Virus record (IMG/VR): IMGVR_UViG_3300025066_000127
Span: 1 to 27,434 of that record
Direction: 5' to 3' (one strand)
Origin: a virus
Lineage: Duplodnaviria > Caudoviricetes
DNA: 27,434 nucleotides
Position 1 is the stretch's first letter. Each line of letters starts with the position of its first letter. Below are positions 17,680-24,501 of this stretch, in pieces. A model generated the notes under the pieces. That model was given only the letters and a program-made list of their open reading frames with translations. It did no database searches and was not told where the DNA came from. Position numbers and translations under genes: made by a program.

Positions 17680-18249
17680 ATGGATAAAGTACAATTAGAA
17701 ACATTATTAAAAGAAAATCCAGCAGCGATAGCAGCAGTTCAGAAAATGACCGCAGTAAAACTTCAGGGTAAGGGTAGTAGAAAAATTCAAGCTGTGACGG
17801 CCTTAAAGGATAAAGACCATCCTTCTCATCAAAAGGCAGTTGGCATTTTCCAAAAGTTAAAGGATAAGTTTTCTAAAAAGAAAGAAGATGAACCTAAAAA
17901 ACAATCTCAAGCTGATGTAGATTTTTATAAAAAACAATATGCTAGAAGAACTGGAAAAGAATTAGGAGAAACCAAAAATAGGAGAAACAAGATGAAAATA
18001 ACCGAAGAGACTCTTAGAAAGGCAATTAGAGCAGAGATTAAATCCATTGTTACGGAAGATGATGATGCATTTAATGCACCAATTCCTGCACAGATAGAAC
18101 GATATATGAAAAAATTCATTGCCGCCGTCCAAGGGGCAAGATTAAATAGACGGAGAACTGGAGCAATTCTTGGTCGTGTTGTTGCCGCTATGAATATTGA
18201 TCCAAGTGATTTACAAAGATATGTAAGATTAGTCAAAAAGGGGCTGTAA
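17680..18249 (+). CDS. Two-module hypothetical protein with a probable in-frame internal start at 17992
   Basis: GGGGAG SD at the start; AGGAGA SD before internal MKITEETLRKAIRAEIKSIVTE. Confidence 0.7.
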   Translation: MDKVQLETLLKENPAAIAAVQKMTAVKLQGKGSRKIQAVTALKDKDHPSHQKAVGIFQKLKDKFSKKKEDEPKKQSQADVDFYKKQYARRTGKELGETKNRRNKMKITEETLRKAIRAEIKSIVTEDDDAFNAPIPAQIERYMKKFIAAVQGARLNRRRTGAILGRVVAAMNIDPSDLQRYVRLVKKGL

Positions 18250-18250
18250 A

Positions 18251-18511
18251 ATGAATAAAAAACATGAATTCAATATGAACAAGAAATGGAGAGAATTCCG
18301 TCTTGATGAAAAACTAAACGAAGAAAACGAATCTCTTTGGACTTGGGTATACAAAGGTTTCTTGGGTGGATTTAAAAAGGCCGAGAAAAAAGGTGGGGGC
18401 AGTGTTAGTTTAGATGAAGTTGCACGAGGTGTTGCATTTTTAGTCAAAACTGAATTTGGTCATCATGCAAAAAATGATTTTATCAAATCGCTTAAAAAGT
18501 ATATTAGATAA
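18251..18511 (+). CDS. Hypothetical protein
   Basis: Operon packing; LDE/LNE motifs after the N-terminal segment. Confidence 0.68.
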   Translation: MNKKHEFNMNKKWREFRLDEKLNEENESLWTWVYKGFLGGFKKAEKKGGGSVSLDEVARGVAFLVKTEFGHHAKNDFIKSLKKYIR

Positions 18512-18804
18512 TGAAAATAACTAAATCAAAACTCAGAAAAATTATAAGAGAAGAACTGTTAAGAGAAGCCACAGACATAGATAAAATGGCGGATGAAATC
18601 ATAAATAACGCAAAGCATTATAGTAAAAATATAAAACATTATCATTCATTAGACGGGGATGTTTTTGGTGGTATGACTAATGGGCAGAAGAAATATGAAG
18701 CGATGCAAAAATTATTAGTTCAAGTAAATAAAGAATTGATCAAGTTTGGTAAAACGTGGATAGCTAAATATCAAAAATCAGTCGATAGAATAATGAAATC
18801 ATGA
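18511..18804 (+). CDS. Hypothetical protein with MKITKSKLRKIIREELLRE leader
   Basis: TAATG coupling; class II leader. Confidence 0.75.
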   Translation: MKITKSKLRKIIREELLREATDIDKMADEIINNAKHYSKNIKHYHSLDGDVFGGMTNGQKKYEAMQKLLVQVNKELIKFGKTWIAKYQKSVDRIMKS

Positions 18805-19946
18805 AATTGACTAAATCATATCTTATCAAAATGGTAAGAGAAGAACTTGAAAAATATGATGGTGGATTCACCGATGAGATGAATGACCAACGAAAAAAGA
18901 ATGCCGAAGTCTTGGGATATAAACTTGCAGGAACAAGTGATATAAAAGAGGGATTTACTAAATATACTCTTAAATTAACTGATACTCCTGGATGGTATCT
19001 CGTTCACGATAAAAAAGGTAAACAAAAGTTTGAAGGTGATAAGAGATTTGTCATGAAACATCTTAAAAAACTAAAAACCAGAATGGGTAATTTTCAACTA
19101 AAAAGTCTTATAGATGTGGCCACCAAAAGGAAAGGTAAGGATATTACATTTGATGTAGTGGAATCCGTGATAAAAGAAGCCGGAATGGGTATATTAACTA
19201 CCGACCAAGCCGATGTATTACAAGGTATAGTATTACGAAATAAAAATAAAAATTTAAAGGCTATTCTTAAAATAGTATTGAAAGATCCCATGTTTAAAGG
19301 AGTAGATAAGAAAGAATTGTTAGGATATATTGATGGTGCAAGACAATTTGTTAAATATATGAAAAGTCATCCAATGGAATCTGTAAAGGAAGACAGAGAT
19401 TATAAAGCAGAATATAAGAAATATGGTTCATCTACAAAGGCAAAAAAATACAGAGCTGAGTTAAATCAGTATAATAGAAAAAAAGGTACATATGGTAATG
19501 GAGATGGAAAAGACGCTTCACATAAAGGTGGGAAGATAGTTGGTTTCGAAAAAGAATCTACAAATAGAGGTCGTAGGGAAAAGAGTAGATTGAAGAAAGA
19601 AGATATAAGAGAGGATATTGGTTTAGATGTTTATTTAGGTGGTATTATTAAGGCTATGAGAAAGGCAGGACTAAAACCTAAAACAGCCAAACAAATGAAA
19701 TGGGGATTTAGTAAAAGTAAAGATAAGATTGGATTTTTTATTGATGTAGAACAAAGGGGATTTGATAAAAAAGAAACTGTTACTTTACAACTTGAAGTTG
19801 ATAGAGATGGATATTTGTGGTATTTATCGGCACCAAAAGATATAAAGATGGGAAAATGGGCAGATACAAGTCAACTTGTTCGTGGGTTTAAAAAATTAAA
19901 TAAATTACCAGGATTCGGTCAATCCGTAATGTTTAAAAAGAGATAA
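18801..19946 (+). CDS. Multi-module basic polyprotein including a degenerate HNH-like module
   Basis: Class II leader; modules bounded by IKE, ESVIKE, ESVKE, IRE; RDYKAEY...GDGKDASHK...NRGR. Confidence 0.7.
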   Translation: MKLTKSYLIKMVREELEKYDGGFTDEMNDQRKKNAEVLGYKLAGTSDIKEGFTKYTLKLTDTPGWYLVHDKKGKQKFEGDKRFVMKHLKKLKTRMGNFQLKSLIDVATKRKGKDITFDVVESVIKEAGMGILTTDQADVLQGIVLRNKNKNLKAILKIVLKDPMFKGVDKKELLGYIDGARQFVKYMKSHPMESVKEDRDYKAEYKKYGSSTKAKKYRAELNQYNRKKGTYGNGDGKDASHKGGKIVGFEKESTNRGRREKSRLKKEDIREDIGLDVYLGGIIKAMRKAGLKPKTAKQMKWGFSKSKDKIGFFIDVEQRGFDKKETVTLQLEVDRDGYLWYLSAPKDIKMGKWADTSQLVRGFKKLNKLPGFGQSVMFKKR

Positions 19947-19949
19947 ATT

Positions 19950-20561
19950 ATGATTAAACTAAAAAAATTATTAAAAGAAAGTTCTCCTGGGTTTACCAAA
20001 AATGAAGCAAATGCATCAGTAATTAGAAAAAAATTATTGAAGAAGTTTGGAGAGGATCCATTATATAGAGAGTTCATTTTAGCTAAAACTCCAAAAGAAC
20101 AAAAGAAAGCATTAAAGACATTAAAATCTATTCGTGGTGGAAATGCAGTTCGTTTGATGCAGAAATATGTTAAAAAGTTACAAGGTGAGTCCATGAGAGA
20201 GTTTGGTGATACATTACCTACTTTTAAAGGTGTAATGGAAAAACACCAACAAATACAAGAAGCCAGATTTAGAGGTGCAAATGGACAAGGAATAAATGCC
20301 AAAGTAAGTAAAGTTGGACCCCGCGATGGTGGTGTAGAGGGTAATCCACTGGTAGATTATAGTCCAAAAGATTGGGGAGTATTACTCACGAGAGAATTAC
20401 TTGAAGCTATGGCAGAGAAGTTAGGTGATTTTACTTTATCAACAAGTGCTGGATTAGAATTAGGTAAAAGTGATGTAAAAATGATTAAGGGCACCAAACA
20501 TGGTTTATGGAAACATAAAGGAAACGAAGTAACTATTGAATATTGGGCGAGTTACAGCTAA
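19950..20561 (+). CDS. Mosaic protein: MIKLKKLLKE leader + duplicated 65-aa module + REFGD motif + unique C-module
   Basis: Direct comparison with ORFs 21380 and 22331. Confidence 0.78.
   Translation: MIKLKKLLKESSPGFTKNEANASVIRKKLLKKFGEDPLYREFILAKTPKEQKKALKTLKSIRGGNAVRLMQKYVKKLQGESMREFGDTLPTFKGVMEKHQQIQEARFRGANGQGINAKVSKVGPRDGGVEGNPLVDYSPKDWGVLLTRELLEAMAEKLGDFTLSTSAGLELGKSDVKMIKGTKHGLWKHKGNEVTIEYWASYS
20000..20194 (+). repeat. 195-bp exact direct repeat, copy 1
   Basis: Identical by eye to 22420-22614. Confidence 0.95.
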
Positions 20562-20572
20562 GGGGAATAATA

Positions 20573-21001
20573 GTGATTAAACTAAAAAAGATTTTAAAAG
20601 AAAGTAAATACGCATGGGATAGACAATTTGGTGATCCACTTCCTACCTTTAAAGATGTAGTGGAAACTCATCAGAATAAATCTAAAGAACAAATTAATGA
20701 AAGGATATCAAAACCCTTTATAGTTCATCCTGAAGATCCAGACCAAACAGAAAGACATTGGGTAAAGGTATTTAAAGAATTAGCTAAAGGTCATGGTTCT
20801 ATTATAGACTATGGTCCAAGAGAATCAGATATTTATGATTGGAATGACCAAAGTAATTATAAAGATGCTATCACAGAATACAACAAGTATATGAATAAAA
20901 TTGCAGATAAACTCAATAAATCACTTGATGAAATGAATGGTATTTATAAAGTTTGGACAAAGATACGAGATAAGTATCGTAACAAGGATAAAAAGAGTTA
21001 A
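20573..21001 (+). CDS. Hypothetical protein with (M)IKLKKILKE leader and RQFGDPLPT motif
   Basis: GTG start at 20573 after AAGGGGA; the TTG start at 20543 in the track is likely too long. Confidence 0.75.
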   Translation: MIKLKKILKESKYAWDRQFGDPLPTFKDVVETHQNKSKEQINERISKPFIVHPEDPDQTERHWVKVFKELAKGHGSIIDYGPRESDIYDWNDQSNYKDAITEYNKYMNKIADKLNKSLDEMNGIYKVWTKIRDKYRNKDKKS

Positions 21002-21020
21002 TTTTAATTAGGAGTTAATA

Positions 21021-21380
21021 ATGAAAATAACACAAAAACGAATTAAAGAGATAATTCAAGAAGAAATTCAGAATATTAACGAAGCCAAGAAAGCTCGTAG
21101 TCTTACGGATGATGTTAAATCATTCAAAAAAGAATACGCCGTTAAATCTGGTAAATTGAAGGAAAAGGCAACGAAACTTCAAGAAAGACAGAAGATAATG
21201 GAAGCTGTTGGTATGATTAATGATTCTATTATGAAAATGGTAGGTGAATTAAATAAATTACCTGTAACTGAAGTATTAGAGAACGTTAAGAAATCTCACG
21301 CAAACAAATATATCAAAGCTATTGAAACTTTGAAAGGCATTTGTGATCATAACGCTGGATGGATTAAAGAGAATCAGTAA
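21021..21380 (+). CDS. Coiled-coil protein with MKITQKRIKEIIQEEIQNINE leader
   Basis: AGGAG SD; class II leader. Confidence 0.75.
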   Translation: MKITQKRIKEIIQEEIQNINEAKKARSLTDDVKSFKKEYAVKSGKLKEKATKLQERQKIMEAVGMINDSIMKMVGELNKLPVTEVLENVKKSHANKYIKAIETLKGICDHNAGWIKENQ

Positions 21381-21895
21381 TGATTAAACTAAAAAAATTA
21401 TTAAAAGAAGGTTCTCCTGGGTTTACTAAAAGAGAATTTGGTGATCCATTACCTACTTTTAAAGATGTAATGGAAACACATCAAACTAATGAATCAGATT
21501 TAGATATGTTGGAAAGATCAGGTGATTATGGGTGGGATTGGAAAAACCTTACAGTTAAAAAAGGTAAAACAGTAAAAGTTACACATAAGAAATCTGGAAA
21601 ATCATTGATTATTATAGATAAACCAAATGTAAAAAGGGAATATGAAAAAATAGGATATTTTGCTGAAGGAACAGTAGTTGATAAAAAAACCATTACCGAA
21701 GCTAGTGATAAAACTGGTTGGAAACTATACAAGGTCTATGATATTAGTGATAAGTTGTGGATGGCTATGAAATATGATTTGAGAGACCAGTTCGATGAAT
21801 TGGTAAAGGTTGGTGCTGATTATGGAGTGTTTCAAAACGCTCATGGTACAGCGAAGATTTTAAAACAAATTAAACGATTAATGGATAAAATATAA
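21380..21895 (+). CDS. Mosaic protein with MIKLKKLLKE leader and REFGDPLPT motif
   Basis: First 51 nt match ORF 19950 with 2 mismatches; internal MLE, FAE, ITE boundaries. Confidence 0.78.
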   Translation: MIKLKKLLKEGSPGFTKREFGDPLPTFKDVMETHQTNESDLDMLERSGDYGWDWKNLTVKKGKTVKVTHKKSGKSLIIIDKPNVKREYEKIGYFAEGTVVDKKTITEASDKTGWKLYKVYDISDKLWMAMKYDLRDQFDELVKVGADYGVFQNAHGTAKILKQIKRLMDKI

Positions 21896-22329
21896 TGAAA
21901 ATATCAGAACTTAGACAATTAATTAAAGAAGAATTACTTACTGAAGGATACACCAATTATTGGGAACAATCGGAAGATTTTACCAGTTCAGAGTGGTCAA
22001 AAATTGTTAGACTTGCAAAGGCAACAATAAAAACAGCTGAAAAACACGGAATTGTAATACGAGATGGTTGGGGTAAAGGTAGAGCAGTAGTAAATAACAA
22101 AGAAATATATTTAAATGGTGATGCAGAAAATAATTTAGACCACGAAACTTTTTTGATTACCAAAACTAAGAGACCTTGGGGATTTACTAAAACTGCAAGA
22201 AAACCATATGATGCTGTAGTGGCAACAATTTTAGTTGGAATTAAAAAGATAGCACCTAAAAAATTTAAACCACGTGCAGATGGAAGTTTAAGAGTGGGTG
22301 GAATAAATAAGTGGTCTAACGAGTACTAA
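21895..22329 (+). CDS. GYTxYW...HETF...KTARKPYD family protein behind a class II leader
   Basis: MKISELRQLIKEELLTE|GYTNYW; family recognised from memory, function unknown. Confidence 0.7.
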   Translation: MKISELRQLIKEELLTEGYTNYWEQSEDFTSSEWSKIVRLAKATIKTAEKHGIVIRDGWGKGRAVVNNKEIYLNGDAENNLDHETFLITKTKRPWGFTKTARKPYDAVVATILVGIKKIAPKKFKPRADGSLRVGGINKWSNEY

Positions 22330-22330
22330 A

Positions 22331-23302
22331 ATGCCCTTCAAATCAGAAAAACAGAGAAAATGGATGCACGCAAACGAACCTGAAATGGCAAAAAAGTGGG
22401 AAAAGGAAGATGAATCCGTAAATGAAGCAAATGCATCAGTAATTAGAAAAAAATTATTGAAGAAGTTTGGAGAGGATCCATTATATAGAGAGTTCATTTT
22501 AGCTAAAACTCCAAAAGAACAAAAGAAAGCATTAAAGACATTAAAATCTATTCGTGGTGGAAATGCAGTTCGTTTGATGCAGAAATATGTTAAAAAGTTA
22601 CAAGGTGAGTCCATAAAGGAAAAGTTACGCAAAGTTATTAGACAAGAAATAAAATCCATAAATGAGGCACAATTTTTTAGAGCAAAACAAATGGTTCTTT
22701 TACCAGATAAAAAAATGTATTTTGACCCCATGAATGATAATTTATGGTTAATGGGACCATATGGGGGTCCAGACTTAGATGATGATCCAATTGAACCGGG
22801 AGATCGTGATTATAAAAAAATTATTAGAAAATTAAGTAGTAAAGATAAGTCAGTATTAAAAAAGGCTATGAGAACTCGGAAAAGACGAAAAGAAGCCACC
22901 ACATCCGTATCTGTTCCTGGTTATTTATCACCACAGGCATTTTCAAAATCTACTCAAAATGCAATAGATGTTGATGATGAAGATGACAATAAAAATGAAT
23001 CCGTAAACGAAGGATTTTGGGCAACACCGGCAGCATTTAGTTCCCAAGAAGCAAAATTACATTTAGATATGGATATTAAAAAAATGTCAAAGCATTTAGG
23101 TAAAGCATCACAAAAGGTTATTAAGATAATGATGGATGGTGTAAAAGGTAATAGATATGATGCTTTAGATATACAACGAGGACTTCAACACGGTCCAGCA
23201 ACAAGAACACATCATGGTGAGGCGGAGTTTATACAAATGCTGTGGAGAAAAGTTCGTGATGGATTTAGAAGGTATTCTAAAGACCGAAAATTAAGAAAAT
23301 AG
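22331..23302 (+). CDS. Multi-module polyprotein (MPFKSEKQR module, duplicated module, further modules)
   Basis: ESVNE twice, SINE, and an internal class II-like leader KLRKVIRQEIKSINE. Confidence 0.78.
   Translation: MPFKSEKQRKWMHANEPEMAKKWEKEDESVNEANASVIRKKLLKKFGEDPLYREFILAKTPKEQKKALKTLKSIRGGNAVRLMQKYVKKLQGESIKEKLRKVIRQEIKSINEAQFFRAKQMVLLPDKKMYFDPMNDNLWLMGPYGGPDLDDDPIEPGDRDYKKIIRKLSSKDKSVLKKAMRTRKRRKEATTSVSVPGYLSPQAFSKSTQNAIDVDDEDDNKNESVNEGFWATPAAFSSQEAKLHLDMDIKKMSKHLGKASQKVIKIMMDGVKGNRYDALDIQRGLQHGPATRTHHGEAEFIQMLWRKVRDGFRRYSKDRKLRK
22420..22614 (+). repeat. 195-bp exact direct repeat, copy 2
   Basis: Identical by eye to 20000-20194. Confidence 0.95.
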
Positions 23303-23311
23303 ATATTTATA
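23303..23311 (+). promoter_or_regulatory. Candidate late promoter ATATTTATA
   Basis: Intergenic, 19 nt before ATG 23331. Confidence 0.55.
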
Positions 23312-23330
23312 TTTGATTAGGAGACATAGA

Positions 23331-24023
23331 ATGGCAAAATTAAAAGATTTAATTAAAGAACACGCAACGATGGGTGGAGTTGTATCTCGGAATGCATTTT
23401 CTGGAATAGATATGGGATTTAAAACACAAAAATCTACAAAACTTACTGATATAGTAGAAGATGTTTATGGTCAATCTACTCAAAAGGTAAATGTAAAAGA
23501 ATTTATGAGTGAAGTTGGTAATTTTAACTCATATGGAAATGAAATTTATCGTGAAGGTAATTTGAGGGAGTTAGCACAAAGACTTTCTCGTTTAGCAGAA
23601 ACTGCAAAACAACATACATTACAAGAAACCGAAGATTGGTTTGATAAAATCACGGTAAATCGTAATATGAAAGAACTTACAAGTCTTTCTAATCAATTTA
23701 AGAAAGTAGCGACTGAAGCACAAGGTTTACAAGAAAGAATGGGTGGACTATATGAAGATATGGGACACATTCTTGGTCGTTATTATGAAATTAATGAGTC
23801 CTGCTGTGATACTGAAGATGAGGTTTCAGTAGAAGGTAAATCATACAGAGATGGTGATGAGTTAGAAGCAGATGCAGTACAAGAAGGAACATATGAAGAT
23901 TTTTTCCAATCCGCACTTAAAAAGTGGGGAGTATCAGCACCAGATGAATTAGATGATGAAGCAAAAGTCAAATTTTTCAATTATGTTGATAAAAATTGGA
24001 GTGGTGAAAACGAAACCGATTAA
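23331..24023 (+). CDS. Coiled-coil probable prohead core protein with MAKLKDLIKE leader
   Basis: AGGAG SD before ATG 23331; long heptad region; acidic linker; C-terminal module after VQE. Confidence 0.7.
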   Translation: MAKLKDLIKEHATMGGVVSRNAFSGIDMGFKTQKSTKLTDIVEDVYGQSTQKVNVKEFMSEVGNFNSYGNEIYREGNLRELAQRLSRLAETAKQHTLQETEDWFDKITVNRNMKELTSLSNQFKKVATEAQGLQERMGGLYEDMGHILGRYYEINESCCDTEDEVSVEGKSYRDGDELEADAVQEGTYEDFFQSALKKWGVSAPDELDDEAKVKFFNYVDKNWSGENETD

Positions 24024-24038
24024 AATATTGGAGGTTAC

Positions 24039-24302
24039 TTGGAAGTAAAAGTAAAAAAGAATAATGTAGAGTTTGCTCTACGGTTATTGAAAAGAAAAAT
24101 TAAAGATAGTGGTTTAATGGTAGAGTTGAGAGAACGACAATACTACACAAAACCATCAGTAAAAAGAGCTACTAAGAAAAAGTTGGGTAAGGTTCGTCAA
24201 TGGATGAAGCAAAGACAGCTTAATCCAGATTGGTGTGGAGAACCACCAACAAGTGGACTTAAAGAAAAAATTAAGAAAGAACAGATATTTTATAAAAAGT
24301 AA
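24039..24302 (+). CDS. rpsU: Phage-encoded ribosomal protein bS21 with C-terminal extension
   Basis: V.VKKNNVEFALRLLKRK....GLMVELRERQYYTKPSVKR..KK; TTG start with GGAGGT SD. Confidence 0.9.
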   Translation: MEVKVKKNNVEFALRLLKRKIKDSGLMVELRERQYYTKPSVKRATKKKLGKVRQWMKQRQLNPDWCGEPPTSGLKEKIKKEQIFYKK

Positions 24303-24320
24303 TGTTTTTTCGATTTGTGT

Positions 24321-24329
24321 ATATTTATA
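24321..24329 (+). promoter_or_regulatory. Candidate late promoter ATATTTATA for scaffold/capsid operon
   Basis: Same 9-mer, flanked by inverted repeat TTGTGT (24315-24320)/ACACAA (24334-24339). Confidence 0.55.
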
Positions 24330-24342
24330 TATAACACAAGAA

Positions 24343-24479
24343 TATGTCATTCAATCGTATATGACATACCGATAATGTAAACCACATTAAAGTTCCTAAT
24401 AACTTTATTAAATCCAAAATTAAAAAACATGAAACGAATTTCTTTGCAGGTCGAACTCGAAGAATATATTTGTTTTATG
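24343..24479 (+). promoter_or_regulatory. Structured 5' leader (two hairpins) of the scaffold-capsid transcript
   Basis: TATGTCAT (24343-50)/ATGACATA (24361-68). CATGAAACGAAT+TTCTTTG (24428-46) pairs with CGAAGAA and ATTTGTTTTATG (24458-79), including G-U pairs. Confidence 0.55.
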
Positions 24480-24501
24480 ATAAATTAATGGAGAATTAAA
24501 A

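Noticed and set aside
19950-22614. Repeats as diversity-generating retroelement TR/VR or IS element
   Set aside because: The long repeat is identical, mismatches in the short repeat are not adenine-specific, and no reverse transcriptase, transposase or terminal inverted repeats are present in the window.
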